Source: an archaeon BMS3Bbin15 (lineage in GTDB: Archaea > Hydrothermarchaeota > Hydrothermarchaeia > Hydrothermarchaeales > BMS3B). Taken from it: a stretch of DNA of 64,000 bases. The notes under the pieces were generated by a model. That model had not been told where the DNA came from. It ran no database searches and was given only the letters and a program-made list of their open reading frames with translations. Below, one piece after another: positions 30,451-41,819 of the stretch. The position numbers were made by a program, and so were the translations under genes. Position 1 is the first letter of the stretch. Each line of letters begins with the position of its first letter. The DNA lies in contig BDTY01000050.1 of assembly GCA_002897955.1 (NCBI GenBank), positions 2,641 to 66,640 on the forward strand, read 5' to 3'.

Positions 30451-31428
30451 ATGGATAAGGAGGTTGAAGAAATAATTCGCCTTGGTAATGGAGTGGAGCT
30501 TTTTGTTGATGGCACCAGAATACTGCTCGACCCGAGAAGGGCAGAGGGTTTGAGTTTTGTTTCCCATGCTCATTCCGACCATGCACCTTCGAAAGTCTCT
30601 GGCGAGGTAATTTCCACTGAAGAGACAGGAGAGTTACTCTCAAGACACTTTTCCACTCTTGCATACGAGCAGAAATTTGAAAACCTTGGAGTCAGCTTCA
30701 GGTTAATACCTTCGGGGCACATGCTGGGTTCTTCTCAGGTGGTTATAGAGAATGGCTTCAAGGTTATTTATACAGGGGACCTTCATCTTGAGGGAGGAGC
30801 AACCTCTGGCATGGGGGTTGTTGAAGGATGCGATATCCTTATAATTGAATCAACTTTCGGAAGCCCCTTCTATATTCTGCCAGACCGTGAGTATGTTTTG
30901 GGAGAGATTAAAGACTGGATTGAAGACTGCTTTTCAAGGGGTGACGTGCCTGTACTTCTTGGTTACTCTCTGGGCAAAGCTCAGGAGATAATAAAGCTTC
31001 TCTCAGGGGATTATAAACTCGGGCTCCACAGAGCAGTTTATGAGAACTGCAGGAAATATGAAGCTCTCGGCGTAAATCTTGGCAGCTATGAGCTTTATTC
31101 TGAAAACATAAGAGAGGAAAAAGAGGATAGAGTTCTTATCTTTCCGCCAGCAGCGAGAAATTCTCTAAAGGGAAACTTCAAGAAGGCGCTTCTCAGCGGC
31201 TGGGCACTGCATGGAGCAACAAAATTTAAATTCAGAGTAGATGAGGCTTTTGCCATAAGCGACCACAGTGATTTCAATGGCCTTGTAAATTACGTAGAAA
31301 AGGCATCGCCTCAGGTGATTTATACTTTACATGGCTTTGCCGAGGAATTTTCAGATGAGCTTAAAGCAAGAGGTTTCTATGCCAGCCCTCTGACAAAGAA
31401 GCAGACAGGACTAAACCATTTTCTTTAA
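30451..31428 (+). CDS. metallo-beta-lactamase fold hydrolase (beta-CASP-like RNA-processing exonuclease family)
   Basis: HxHxDH motif SHAHSDHAP. The start is set at MDKEV because the upstream part of the ORF overlaps the tRNA-Ala gene. Confidence 0.6.
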   Translation: MDKEVEEIIRLGNGVELFVDGTRILLDPRRAEGLSFVSHAHSDHAPSKVSGEVISTEETGELLSRHFSTLAYEQKFENLGVSFRLIPSGHMLGSSQVVIENGFKVIYTGDLHLEGGATSGMGVVEGCDILIIESTFGSPFYILPDREYVLGEIKDWIEDCFSRGDVPVLLGYSLGKAQEIIKLLSGDYKLGLHRAVYENCRKYEALGVNLGSYELYSENIREEKEDRVLIFPPAARNSLKGNFKKALLSGWALHGATKFKFRVDEAFAISDHSDFNGLVNYVEKASPQVIYTLHGFAEEFSDELKARGFYASPLTKKQTGLNHFL

Positions 31429-32283
31429 TCTGTGATATTTTGCAAGAACCTTGAAGATTATTTTTGATGCAAGTACAGGTGTGTAGCTGTCATAGCGTGG
31501 TGCCACCTCTGTGATATCAAGGCCTGCCAGATCAATCTCACCCAGAAAGGCAAGCATCAGAATAAAGTCGAAGAAGAATATTCCGGGGGGCTCGGGATTG
31601 CAAACTCCTCTGGCATCCTTCGGGTCAAAGAAGTCCATATCTATTGACATATAAACTTTTTTTCCCTTTAGCATTTTTGAAAGCCTTGCCACAAGCATTT
31701 CAATATCGTAACACTCACCGAAGGGAATAAATTTAATTCCTTCCTCTCTGACAGCGTCAAGCTCCTCTCTGCAGGCGCTTCTCACACCAACAGCCAGAAC
31801 ATTATCCTTCCCTGTTATCTCTGAAACTCTCTTAAGCGTGCAGGCATGGGAATATCTATTACCCAGGTAATCTTCTCTGAAATCAAGATGAGCATCAAGG
31901 GAAAGAAAAAACGGCTTTTTCTTAAAACCTTCAAGTGCAAAAGCGGAGATAGTATGTTCACCTCCAAGGATAACAGGCTTTGCTCCTCTGCTTAAAATCT
32001 CAGCAACAGTTTCCTTCACTCTGGTTTTTGTCTCCTTTACATTTCCAAAGGAAACTTCAACATCACCTATATCAGCAATTTTTAGGCTGAGAAGGTCAAA
32101 ATCTTCAAGGAGGTCATAGTCCTCCACCTCTCTAGAGGCTTCCCTTATTGCTGCTGGTGCTTCTCGAGAGCCTCCTCTAAATGTCTCGCTGCTGTCAAAT
32201 GGCACACCAAATACAGCATACTCGGCTTCTTCCAACTCAAGCTCTCTTCTTGCGAAAGTGAAAGGAGATGTGAACAGATTCAT
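31411..32283 (-). CDS. speB: agmatinase (arginase/ureohydrolase family)
   Basis: Mn-binding motifs GGEHTIS, SLDAHLDF and SIDMDFFDP. It is adjacent to aIF5A, as is common in archaea. Confidence 0.75.
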   Translation of the reverse strand: MNLFTSPFTFARRELELEEAEYAVFGVPFDSSETFRGGSREAPAAIREASREVEDYDLLEDFDLLSLKIADIGDVEVSFGNVKETKTRVKETVAEILSRGAKPVILGGEHTISAFALEGFKKKPFFLSLDAHLDFREDYLGNRYSHACTLKRVSEITGKDNVLAVGVRSACREELDAVREEGIKFIPFGECYDIEMLVARLSKMLKGKKVYMSIDMDFFDPKDARGVCNPEPPGIFFFDFILMLAFLGEIDLAGLDITEVAPRYDSYTPVLASKIIFKVLAKYHRLKKMV

Positions 32284-32285
32284 TT

Positions 32286-32684
32286 CTACCTGACACGCAT
32301 AATCTTTCTTCTTCCCAGCGTCTGTATATACTCGACTTCTGCGCCCTCAATAATATCCTTACCTTCAAGCTCCTCCTTACTAGGAACTGTTGTCTCGAAG
32401 GTTTCATAGTTTAAAAGGTCCATAATCTGGACAGTATCTCCCATTATTGATAGCACCTGTCCTGCCTTCCTTTCAATCATGGGAAATTCAATCTTGGCAT
32501 CAGTGGGAGCAACAAGGCTCCTTTTTTGATTGTCAAATAATCCTATTCCGACAACATTTGCTTTTGCATGACCATGCTTTCCTGTCTTGGCTGTTGTGAA
32601 ACTTACCACCCTGCAGGGCTCACCATCGATAATAATATACTTACCAATTTTTATCTGATTTACTTCTCCTTGTTTCACAGACAT
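32286..32684 (-). CDS. eif5a: translation initiation factor 5A (aIF-5A)
   Basis: 132 aa. Hypusine-loop TGKHGHAK. Confidence 0.85.
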   Translation of the reverse strand: MSVKQGEVNQIKIGKYIIIDGEPCRVVSFTTAKTGKHGHAKANVVGIGLFDNQKRSLVAPTDAKIEFPMIERKAGQVLSIMGDTVQIMDLLNYETFETTVPSKEELEGKDIIEGAEVEYIQTLGRRKIMRVR

Positions 32685-32840
32685 TTTAATCCTCCTTATA
32701 AAAGTTTACCTCATATACTATATAAGTATATATAAAAAGTTTAGGGTGAGTATAAACCACCCGGTGGATATTTAATATATATACACACATGGACTTTCAT
32801 CTCTGGAAAGGTTTATAAATAACAGAAAGGTTAGACGTTT

Positions 32841-33455
32841 ATGGACAGGAATGATGTAAGGAAGCTTTATTCGATTGGTAATGCAAAATGGTATGACCCT
32901 TTAAGGCGTATATATGGTAAGTCATTTCTTTCTAAAGCAGAGGATGACCTGGCTACTTTTTTAAAAGATAATTTGGATGGAAGTAAGACTGTTCTGGAAC
33001 TGGGTTGTGGCACAGGAGCAAACTTAGAAAAGATATACTCTCTTGACATTGAATTTAAAAAGTACCTGGGTCTGGACTTTTCACCATACATGTTGAAGAT
33101 TGCGAAGAATAAATTCAGGAATAACTCCATAGTTGAATTTAGGGAGACAGACATTACAGAGCTGGATGACATAAAAGAGCAATTTGATATTATAATCTGT
33201 ATTATTGTGATATCCCATCTCCAATCCAGGCCAGATTTTGTTAATCGGTCACAGAAATTATTGGGTAAAAACGGGAAATTTTTTTTAATTGTACACACAG
33301 AGCCTGAATGGTATATCAATTTCTGGCTATCCCCTTTTATATGGCTATCCAGAATGAACCTGATATCGGATGATGAAATTAAAAAATTTGAGAATGTAAA
33401 GGCCATAAATAAATATTCAGGAAGTCTGATAACAGCAATTGAAATTCATAGATAA
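32841..33455 (+). CDS. class I SAM-dependent methyltransferase
   Basis: Motif I VLELGCGTGAN, motif II DIIICIIV. Confidence 0.65.
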   Translation: MDRNDVRKLYSIGNAKWYDPLRRIYGKSFLSKAEDDLATFLKDNLDGSKTVLELGCGTGANLEKIYSLDIEFKKYLGLDFSPYMLKIAKNKFRNNSIVEFRETDITELDDIKEQFDIIICIIVISHLQSRPDFVNRSQKLLGKNGKFFLIVHTEPEWYINFWLSPFIWLSRMNLISDDEIKKFENVKAINKYSGSLITAIEIHR

Positions 33456-33541
33456 TAATTTAAACCTTAATTAGTAAATGGATATAGTTCTTCTTGGCTT
33501 ATACTTGAGATATATTTATCAAAATAAGGAGTAAAATTGTT

Positions 33542-35809
33542 ATGTCACCAGGACAGAGAGGTCAGAATTCGGATATTGAGGTCAAACTGAATAGGGACCT
33601 TGGCCTCTTCGATATAACAATGATAGGTATTGCAGGTATGATTGGGGCAGGCGTTTTTGCCTTGACCGGTATTGCAGCGGGGGTTGCGGGTCCTGCTCTT
33701 ATTCTCGTTTTTTTGTTTAATGGAGTTATAGGTCTTATTACTGCTGCATCCTATGCTGAACTTGGTTCTGCCCTTCCCGGTGCGGGAGGAGGTTATGTCT
33801 GGATAAAAGAGACATTTCCGTCATCTTTCGGGTTTCTTGCCGGCTGGATAGACTGGTTTGCACATAGTGTTGCCTGCTCGCTATATGCTGTGACCTTTGG
33901 AGTTTTTATGGCAGCGATTCTTTTTCCAGCTATTCCCCTGCCCAGAAGTCTGCTTGCCAAAGTTTCGTCATTCATTGCAATCTCCTTCCTGACATATATA
34001 AATTATAGAGGAGTTAAGGAAACAGGAAGGGTTGGTGGTTTCGTTACTGTCTTAAAAGTCCTCATTCTTGTCGTGTTTGTTAGTTTCGGTATTTACAAGA
34101 CTCTTGGCAGACCGGACTGGATAATGCAATTCAGTAATCCTTCTTTCACCCCTACGGGCTTGATTGGAATTCTTGCTGCAATGGGACTCACATTTATCGC
34201 CTTCGAAGGTTTTGAGATAATCGTTCAGAGCGGTGAGGAGGTCAAAAGTCCTGCAAAGAACATACCCAGAGCGATCTTCATATCCTTATTTGTGGCTATA
34301 GTGGTTTATGTTCTGGTGGCTTTTACAGTCTTGGGAGCTATTAAAACACCGAATGGAAGTCCGAGCTGGGTTTTTCTTGGCAAACTTGCAGAAATGGGGT
34401 TGATAAACGTTTCAAATCAGATAATGCCTTATGGAACATTTGTACTCCTGATTGCTGGACTGATTTCTACAATAAGTGCGATGAATGCAACAATTTACTC
34501 ATCCTCCAGGATATCTTTTGCCCTGGCAAGGGATGGCTATCTTACCAGCAGGCTTGCACATATCAATGAAAAAACAAAAACACCCCATGTTGCAGTTTTC
34601 TTTACATATATTATAATTACGACAATAGCTCTACTTCTTCCAATAGAGGCTGTAGCTGCTTCGGCTGATATAATGTTTATCCTTCTGTTCATTCAGGTGA
34701 ATCTTGTGCTCATAATCCTTAGGTTTAGAGCTCCGAATCTTAAAAGGACTTTCAGAGTTCCCCTTGTCCCATATCTTCCTATAATAGCAATCTCTCTTCA
34801 GGTAATTATCGCATATTTCATGGTAACCAGGGTTGCAAATGGATTTATGGCTTTTGTAACTTCTATTGCATGGATATTTCTGGGTGTTATTATTTATTTC
34901 ACATATTCCAGAAAGAAAGAAAGAAAGAAATTGGAGAAAGAATTTAAAACAGTATTTGAGGAGAAGGCTGTGAGAAAGGTTGCATACAGAATTCTTGTGC
35001 CAGTTGGTAATCCTGCTACAGCAAAAAAGCTGATAGACTTTGCGAACCTGATTGCAAGGTCAAGAAAAGGTGAGATTGTCTTACTTTCAGTATTAACATT
35101 ACCCCAGCAAACACCTCTTTACGCAGGGAAAAAATATGTTGAAGAGAGAAAGAATTTTCTCAGAAAGCTCATAAGTGAGGCTGGAGATGTTCCCACCAGT
35201 GGTATTCTGAAGGTTGCTCACAGTACCTCTGAAGCTATCCTGAATACAATCGAGGAGGAAAAGATAAATCTCGTAATTCTGGGGTGGAGAGGAAGAACTT
35301 TCAGAAGGGATTTCATTCTTGGAAGTACTATCGACCCTATAATTTTAAAGGCATCCTGTGACGTTATGGCTGTGAGATTTGAATCTGGCTTTGAAGCAAA
35401 GAAGATAAAGAAAATCCTTATTCCGACTGCGGGAGGTCCCCATGGGTACATGGCAGCAGAAATTGCCAAGGATTTACAGAAGGTTACAGGGGCGGAGGCG
35501 GCACTAATTTATGTGGCAGGTGATGAAAGGGGCATGAAGCTTGGCAGAGCTTATGTTGATGATACCAGAAGGGCAGTAGGAATAGAGGCTGATAGTATAG
35601 TTAAATTATCGGATGACCGCATCGGTACTATTGCTGAGGAGATTAAGAGGTATGACATAGTTGTAATTGGAGCAACACATGAGACTTTCATGAAAAACTT
35701 CATAAAAGGTGTTTTTCCGGAGAGAGTTGCAAGAAAAACTGAAAAGACTGTTGTTATGGTGAGGAGAAAGCTTAAGATAAAAGATATTTTTTGGAAGTGG
35801 CCTTTTTAA
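33542..35809 (+). CDS. APC-family amino acid permease fused to tandem C-terminal UspA domains
   Basis: About 12 TM segments with an APC-type N-terminus. The C-terminal 280 aa contain two Usp-like modules. Confidence 0.7.
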   Translation: MSPGQRGQNSDIEVKLNRDLGLFDITMIGIAGMIGAGVFALTGIAAGVAGPALILVFLFNGVIGLITAASYAELGSALPGAGGGYVWIKETFPSSFGFLAGWIDWFAHSVACSLYAVTFGVFMAAILFPAIPLPRSLLAKVSSFIAISFLTYINYRGVKETGRVGGFVTVLKVLILVVFVSFGIYKTLGRPDWIMQFSNPSFTPTGLIGILAAMGLTFIAFEGFEIIVQSGEEVKSPAKNIPRAIFISLFVAIVVYVLVAFTVLGAIKTPNGSPSWVFLGKLAEMGLINVSNQIMPYGTFVLLIAGLISTISAMNATIYSSSRISFALARDGYLTSRLAHINEKTKTPHVAVFFTYIIITTIALLLPIEAVAASADIMFILLFIQVNLVLIILRFRAPNLKRTFRVPLVPYLPIIAISLQVIIAYFMVTRVANGFMAFVTSIAWIFLGVIIYFTYSRKKERKKLEKEFKTVFEEKAVRKVAYRILVPVGNPATAKKLIDFANLIARSRKGEIVLLSVLTLPQQTPLYAGKKYVEERKNFLRKLISEAGDVPTSGILKVAHSTSEAILNTIEEEKINLVILGWRGRTFRRDFILGSTIDPIILKASCDVMAVRFESGFEAKKIKKILIPTAGGPHGYMAAEIAKDLQKVTGAEAALIYVAGDERGMKLGRAYVDDTRRAVGIEADSIVKLSDDRIGTIAEEIKRYDIVVIGATHETFMKNFIKGVFPERVARKTEKTVVMVRRKLKIKDIFWKWPF

Positions 35810-36131
35810 TAGTTGATTTTACTGTCGTGTTTAAGTTATTGCATCAGGGAAAATTTATATTTTAGGCAAAGATGTGCACTGGAAAAGAAAAAGATAGTAT
35901 ATTCTGCTACCTCTTCCAGAGCTGATAATTTATATACACCAGCATTATTTAAAGATATTACCAGACATAAAGAGGCCCTTCATAGACCCAGGGTCTCTGT
36001 TTACAAATAAATCAATCGCATGTATCCAACGTTTATCACTACATCACCTAAAAAAAGACTGTTTTTAAAAAATATAACTATATCCGAGAGCATGGAAAAA
36101 GTAAGCCCGGCCAAAAAGATGGCCGGTTTTT

Positions 36132-36207
36132 ATAGCGGGGGGTCGATTTGAACGACCGGTCTCCGGGTTATGAGCCCGGCGGGATGGACCTGGCTACCCC
36201 ACCCCGC
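36132..36207 (-). tRNA. initiator tRNA-Met (CAT)
   Basis: The reverse complement has the A1:U72 acceptor pair, three consecutive G:C pairs at the base of the anticodon stem (CCGGG/CCCGG), and anticodon loop CTCATAA. These are archaeal initiator features. Confidence 0.8.
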
Positions 36208-36595
36208 TTCAGAACTTACAGGGGGTAACCGGATTTATAAAGAACTTTCCCGAGTGCAGTGTTTTTGAAATTGCACTTCAGGCATGAAAATATCTGTACT
36301 GTTAAAGTAGATGAAGTTAGGGTATGCGGAATGCATGCTACAATATATACATAACTATTTGATTTACGTAAGATTTTTAAACATGTAAATCAACCTAACA
36401 TCTTACCTATAATTATAACGGAAAGTATTTAAGTATTGAATTGGTTTAAACATTTGTTAAAGTTTGTATATAGCTCTCGGTTCATATGGTGATACAATGC
36501 TCAGATTATTTGTTTGCAGTTGCATGAAAGTTCATGATAATTCAGATGGAACTATGGAGGAGAGTGAGGTTACATTATGACAAGGAGAGATACTT

Positions 36596-37198
36596 ATGTC
36601 CATGGAGCAAGTTGAAAAGATAGTTAAGAAGATTAATGAGGATGCCGAAGCAGAAGCTTCAAAAATTCTTAATGAAGCAAGGACTCAGGCTGAAAAGATA
36701 AAAAGAGATGCCAATGTGGAAGCTGATGAAATTTATAGTGAGATACTTCCAAAATATGAACGAGAGGCTGAACAGGAAAAGCAGAGAATTGTGGCCAATG
36801 CTAAGCTAAGGGCAAGAAAGGCTGTACTTGATGCAAGGGAAGATGTAATAAAGCTTGCTTTCAATGCGGCTGGGACAAAGCTACAGAAACTGCCAAAAAA
36901 AGATTACACAAAGGTCCTCGAAAAGCTAATCCTCGAGGGAGTTGAGGCCATTGATGCCGATACGGTTGTTATAGCAAGAAAGGAGGATTCAAGGGCTATA
37001 ACTTCTGCCCTTCTTAAGAGGGTCTCAGAAAAGACAGGTTTCAAAGTGACCAAGGCCAGAGAGTATATCAATGTCATGGGTGGGGTTGTACTCAGAAGCA
37101 GCGATGGCAAAATTGAGGTAAACAACACATTTGAGACAAGGCTTGAGAGGTTCAGGGATGAGCTGAGAAAAGAGGTTGCTGAGGTTCTTTTTAGTTGA
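36596..37198 (+). CDS. atpE: A-type (A1A0) ATP synthase subunit E
   Basis: 200 aa. Charged N-terminal coiled coil EAEAEASKILNEARTQAEKI and a globular C-terminal domain. Confidence 0.8.
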   Translation: MSMEQVEKIVKKINEDAEAEASKILNEARTQAEKIKRDANVEADEIYSEILPKYEREAEQEKQRIVANAKLRARKAVLDAREDVIKLAFNAAGTKLQKLPKKDYTKVLEKLILEGVEAIDADTVVIARKEDSRAITSALLKRVSEKTGFKVTKAREYINVMGGVVLRSSDGKIEVNNTFETRLERFRDELRKEVAEVLFS

Positions 37199-37207
37199 GG
37201 TATATCT

Positions 37208-37525
37208 ATGAAAATTAGTATTGTTGCTGACTTTGATACAGTCACTGGCTTCCGTATTGCCGGTGTCAGGGAAGCCTTTGTTGTATATTCTCCTGAGGAT
37301 GCCCTTGAGAAAATAAAGCATCTGATTAAAAAAGAGGATATTGGCATAGTTATAACAACAGAGAGAATTCTGGATAAGATAAGGCAACAGGTTGCAGAGT
37401 TGCTGGAAGGTAAAAATTTTCCTCTTATTGTTGAGGTACCTGATAAAGACGGCAAGATAGAGAAGAAGGTTGACCCTATTAATGAACTTATAAAGCGTGC
37501 AATTGGAGTTGAAATTAAAGTTTAG
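37208..37525 (+). CDS. atpF: A-type ATP synthase subunit F
   Basis: 105 aa. MKISIVADFDTVTGFRIAGV. Confidence 0.8.
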   Translation: MKISIVADFDTVTGFRIAGVREAFVVYSPEDALEKIKHLIKKEDIGIVITTERILDKIRQQVAELLEGKNFPLIVEVPDKDGKIEKKVDPINELIKRAIGVEIKV

Positions 37526-37536
37526 GAGGTTAGACT

Positions 37537-39306
37537 GTGGCAGAAGGAAAGATAGTAAAGGTTGCAGGTCCCGTTATGAAGGCTGAAGGAATGCGAGGGG
37601 CTATGATGTATGAAGTGGTAAGAGTGGGCAATTATAAGCTCATGGGTGAAATCATCCAGCTTGAAGATGATATAGCCACGATTCAGGTTTATGAGGAAAC
37701 TGCCGGTATAAAGCCAGGTGAACCGGTTATAAGTACAGGTGCACAGCTCAGTGTTGAGCTCGGTCCTGGAATTTTGAAGCAGATTTATGATGGAGTGCAG
37801 CGCCCCCTTGAGGTTATAAGGAAGGAGAGTGGCACTTTCATTGCCCGGGGTATCGAGGTTCCCAGCCTTGACAGAAATAAAAAGTGGGAATTCACTCCTC
37901 TCGTTAAAGTCGGTGATAAGGTTGAAGGTGGCGATTTTCTTGGTGAGGTTCCGGAGACAGAGCTTATAACCCACAGAATAATGGTACCTCCTGGCATAAG
38001 CGGAGAGGTTGTTGAGATAGCTCAGAAGGGTAGTTATATAATTGAGGAGATAATTTCAAAGATAAAAACTGAGAAAGGGGAAAAAGAGGTTAATATGTAT
38101 CAAAAGTGGCCTGTGAGAATACCACGACCACTGAAAAAGAAACTTGACCCCGAGACACCTCTCATATCAGGTCAGAGGATTCTTGATACATTCTTCCCTG
38201 TAGCCAAAGGCGGCACTGCTGCCATACCTGGGCCATTTGGCGGGGGTAAGACTGTAACCCAGCACCAGCTTGCAAAGTGGTGCGATGCGGAGATTATAGT
38301 CTATGTTGGTTGCGGAGAGCGTGGTAATGAGATGACAGAAGTGCTTGAGGAGTTTCCGCACCTCACAGACCCCAACTCGGGCAAGCCCCTCATGGAAAGA
38401 ACTGTACTCATTGCAAATACATCAAATATGCCAGTCGCTGCCAGAGATGCCAGTGTTTATACAGGAATAACCTTTGGCGAATACTTCAGAGATATGGGTT
38501 ACAATGTGGCTTTGATGGCAGACTCAACCTCGAGATGGGCAGAGGCCATGAGAGAGATTTCAGGCAGACTTGAGGAGATGCCAGGTGAAGAGGGTTATCC
38601 TGCTTACCTTGCATCGAGGCTTGCCAACTTCTATGAAAGGTCAGGAAGGGTTGAAACTATAGGCACAAATAAGAGAGAAGGTTCTCTAACTGTTGTGGGT
38701 GCGGTTTCTCCACCAGGCGGTGATTTTTCCGAGCCTGTTACACAGAACACTTTGAGAATAACAAAGGTTTTCTGGGCTCTTGATGCCAGTCTTGCTGATA
38801 GGAGGCATTTCCCTGCAATTAACTGGCTGAGAAGCTATTCTCTTTATCTTGACACAGTGAGAGACTGGTGGGAGAAGAAAGTAGATGAGAGATGGTATGA
38901 GTTCAGAACAAAGGCTATGGCTCTGCTCCAGAAGGAATCTGAACTTCAGGAGATTGTTCAACTCGTGGGTCCTGATGCCCTGCCTGAGAAGGAGAGAGTT
39001 GCACTCGAAGGAGCAAGAGTTATAAGAGAAGATTTTCTGCAGCAGAATGCTTTCCATGAGGTTGATACCTACTGTAGTGTAACAAAACAGTTCAAGATGC
39101 TTGATATAATGCTGGAGTTCTATGACCGTGCCAATGAATCGGTTAACAGAGGAGCTTCAGCCAAGGCTATTGCAGAAATGAGTGTCAGGGATGACCTCTC
39201 AAGGTTGAAGTATGTTGAAGAGAGTAAAGTTGATGAGGCTCTTGCGAAAATCAGGACAAATATGAAAGCTGAATTCGAAAAGCTTGTTACCAAGGTGGTG
39301 GCATAA
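37537..39306 (+). CDS. atpA: A-type ATP synthase catalytic subunit A
   Basis: 589 aa. P-loop GPFGGGKT and the non-homologous region typical of A/V-type A subunits. Confidence 0.9.
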   Translation: MAEGKIVKVAGPVMKAEGMRGAMMYEVVRVGNYKLMGEIIQLEDDIATIQVYEETAGIKPGEPVISTGAQLSVELGPGILKQIYDGVQRPLEVIRKESGTFIARGIEVPSLDRNKKWEFTPLVKVGDKVEGGDFLGEVPETELITHRIMVPPGISGEVVEIAQKGSYIIEEIISKIKTEKGEKEVNMYQKWPVRIPRPLKKKLDPETPLISGQRILDTFFPVAKGGTAAIPGPFGGGKTVTQHQLAKWCDAEIIVYVGCGERGNEMTEVLEEFPHLTDPNSGKPLMERTVLIANTSNMPVAARDASVYTGITFGEYFRDMGYNVALMADSTSRWAEAMREISGRLEEMPGEEGYPAYLASRLANFYERSGRVETIGTNKREGSLTVVGAVSPPGGDFSEPVTQNTLRITKVFWALDASLADRRHFPAINWLRSYSLYLDTVRDWWEKKVDERWYEFRTKAMALLQKESELQEIVQLVGPDALPEKERVALEGARVIREDFLQQNAFHEVDTYCSVTKQFKMLDIMLEFYDRANESVNRGASAKAIAEMSVRDDLSRLKYVEESKVDEALAKIRTNMKAEFEKLVTKVVA

Positions 39307-40700
39307 TGGTAAGTCATATTAGAGAGTATACTTCAGTTACAGGTGTTGCAGGACCTCTTATGATTGTTGAAGATGTGGAGGGCGTGGCTTACGGTGAAAT
39401 TGTTGAGATTGAGACACCACAGGGGGAAAATAGAAGAGGTCAGGTACTTGAGGCATATGAGGGTAAAGCCATTGTTCAGGTTTTTGAGGGCACGGGAGGT
39501 ATAGACACCAAGGTTACAAAGGTCAGATTTACAGGCTCAACACTTAAGCTTGGTGTAAGTATGGACATGCTGGGCAGAATTTTTGATGGCACTGGCAAGC
39601 CCATAGACGGTGGCCCAGAGATAATTCCTGAGAAGAGTCTGGATATTAATGGAGAGCCCATGAACCCTGCCTCGAGAGAGTTTCCAAGGGATTTCATTCA
39701 GACAGGCATATCAACAATAGATGGAATGAACACACTTGTCAGAGGTCAGAAGCTTCCAATTTTCTCTGGTTCAGGTTTGCCCCACAATGAGCTTGCTGCC
39801 CAGATTGCAAGGCAGGCCAAGGTTCTTGGTGAGGAGGAAGAGTTTGCGGTGGTCTTTGGTGCTATGGGTATAACCTACGAGGAAGCAAGCTTTTTCATGA
39901 CAGATTTTGAGCGTACCGGTGCTCTTGAAAAGGTTACAGCTTTTCTGAATCTTGCAAATGACCCTACCATAGAGAGAATTATCACTCCGAGAATGGTGCT
40001 GACAACTGCAGAGTATTTTGCATATGAGAAGGATATGCATGTACTTGTGATTCTCACAGACCTTACAAACTACTGCGAAGCCTTGAGAGAAATTGCGGCT
40101 GCTCGTGGTGAGGTGCCTGGAAGAAGAGGTTACCCGGGTTACATGTACACAGATCTGGCAACCATGTATGAGAGAGCTGGTAAGGCAGCTGGTTCCAGAG
40201 GCTCTATAACCCAGATGCCAATATTAACCATGGCGGATGATGACATAACCCACCCTATTCCAGACCTCACTGGTTATATTACTGAGGGTCAGATTGTTCT
40301 TTCAAGAGAGCTTCACAGGAAGGGCATATACCCTCCAGTTGATGTTCTTCCAAGCCTCTCAAGGCTGATGAAGGGAGGAATAGGTAAAGGAAAAACAAGA
40401 GAGGACCATGCCAATGTGAGTGACCAGCTCTACAGTGCCTATGCTGAGGGCAGAGACCTCAGAGACCTTGTTGCTGTTGTGGGTGAAGAAGCTCTCACAG
40501 AAAAGGATAGGAAGTACCTTGAATTTGCTGATAGGTTTGAGAGGGAATATGTCACTCAGAGTAAGGATGAAGACAGGGATATCTTAAGAACCCTCGAGAT
40601 AGGATGGGACCTTCTGAGCATTCTGCCTGAGAGAGACCTCAAGAGAATCAAGGAAGATTATATCAAGAGTTATCATCCTAAATATGTGCAGGAGAAATAG
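39306..40700 (+). CDS. atpB: A-type ATP synthase subunit B
   Basis: 464 aa. Regulatory subunit without an intact P-loop. It overlaps atpA by 1 nt. Confidence 0.9.
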   Translation: MVSHIREYTSVTGVAGPLMIVEDVEGVAYGEIVEIETPQGENRRGQVLEAYEGKAIVQVFEGTGGIDTKVTKVRFTGSTLKLGVSMDMLGRIFDGTGKPIDGGPEIIPEKSLDINGEPMNPASREFPRDFIQTGISTIDGMNTLVRGQKLPIFSGSGLPHNELAAQIARQAKVLGEEEEFAVVFGAMGITYEEASFFMTDFERTGALEKVTAFLNLANDPTIERIITPRMVLTTAEYFAYEKDMHVLVILTDLTNYCEALREIAAARGEVPGRRGYPGYMYTDLATMYERAGKAAGSRGSITQMPILTMADDDITHPIPDLTGYITEGQIVLSRELHRKGIYPPVDVLPSLSRLMKGGIGKGKTREDHANVSDQLYSAYAEGRDLRDLVAVVGEEALTEKDRKYLEFADRFEREYVTQSKDEDRDILRTLEIGWDLLSILPERDLKRIKEDYIKSYHPKYVQEK

Positions 40701-40702
40701 GC

Positions 40703-41359
40703 ATGGCAGAGCTGATTGAAGGCGTAAATCCAACCCGAATGGAACTTCTCAAGCTCAAGACAAAGGTAAAGCTGGCCAGAAAGGGACATAGATTGCTTAA
40801 GGAGAAGAGAGATGCCCTTATAGTGGAGTTCTTCAATATCCTTGAGGAAGCTCGTGGAATAAGGCGAAGAGCGGAGAGGTCTCTGGCAGATGCTTTTATA
40901 GCAATTATTCTTGCGCAGTCAACTCTTGGTGTGCTCAAGGTCAGGGAGGTGAGTTTTGCTGTGAAAGAGACTCATGAGGTGAACACTGTTACAAGGAGTA
41001 TAATGGGTGTGAGAGTTCCGGTGCTGGAGATTGAGGATGAGAATAGAACTCTCATGGAAAGAGGTTACAGTTTGAGTGATACAAACTATATGGTTGATGA
41101 GGCAGCGAAGAAGTTTGAAGAAGCTCTGACTGCTGTTGTTGAGCTGGCTGAGGTTGAGAGCAGTATAAGGCTTCTTTCTCAGGAGATTAAAGTTACCAAG
41201 CGGAGAGTGAATGCTCTTGAGAATATTGTCATGCCAAGGCTTGATGCAACAGTTAAGTACATAAGAATGCGTCTTGATGAGATGGAGAGGGAAAACTTCT
41301 TCAAGCTCAAGAGAATCAAGGCATCCCAGGAGAGAAAAGAGGCTGAAGCAACTGCTTAG
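40703..41359 (+). CDS. atpD: A-type ATP synthase subunit D
   Basis: 218 aa. Conserved MAELIEGVNPTRMELLKLK N-terminus. Confidence 0.85.
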   Translation: MAELIEGVNPTRMELLKLKTKVKLARKGHRLLKEKRDALIVEFFNILEEARGIRRRAERSLADAFIAIILAQSTLGVLKVREVSFAVKETHEVNTVTRSIMGVRVPVLEIEDENRTLMERGYSLSDTNYMVDEAAKKFEEALTAVVELAEVESSIRLLSQEIKVTKRRVNALENIVMPRLDATVKYIRMRLDEMERENFFKLKRIKASQERKEAEATA

Positions 41360-41408
41360 TCCTCTTCCCCTCAAAACCTCCGTAGATGTTATTTAGCTAT
41401 GAAATTTT

Positions 41409-41819
41409 ATGGATAGAATTGACAGGCTTCTATCGAGACAGCTTCAGTCTATGAACAGACATCTGGCAAAGGAGAAGAAAGTTCTCGAGCAACTTCTTGA
41501 GGAGGAGAAGCCAGAAGTAATTCTCCGTGATGGAATGCCTCATTTTTTCAATAAAAAGGAACTTGAACTTATTGCCGGGCTTCTGCCAGAAGAGAAGCAC
41601 AGAATTCTCAGGCTTCCAATTTATATAGAGTTGAGCTCTTCAAAGTTTGGAAGGGGTACAGCACGGGTATGTGGTATACCTGAGGTTATGGTTATATCAA
41701 AGCTTCTGGATAAAAAGGCTGAGGGCGATGAAATGTTTATCTATCGTCCAGAGATAAGAATAATAAGAAAGAAACTTCCAACCACAACTCAGTATATGTT
41801 AACCGCAACTTTAGATTGA
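41409..41819 (+). CDS. conserved archaeal protein of unknown function (possibly DUF61/UPF0216-like)
   Basis: 136 aa. The family assignment is from memory only. Confidence 0.35.
   Translation: MDRIDRLLSRQLQSMNRHLAKEKKVLEQLLEEEKPEVILRDGMPHFFNKKELELIAGLLPEEKHRILRLPIYIELSSSKFGRGTARVCGIPEVMVISKLLDKKAEGDEMFIYRPEIRIIRKKLPTTTQYMLTATLD

Noticed and set aside
35813-36010. 65-aa ORF downstream of the APC permease
   Set aside because: No ribosome-binding context and no motif. It sits in the long intergenic region that also holds the initiator tRNA.
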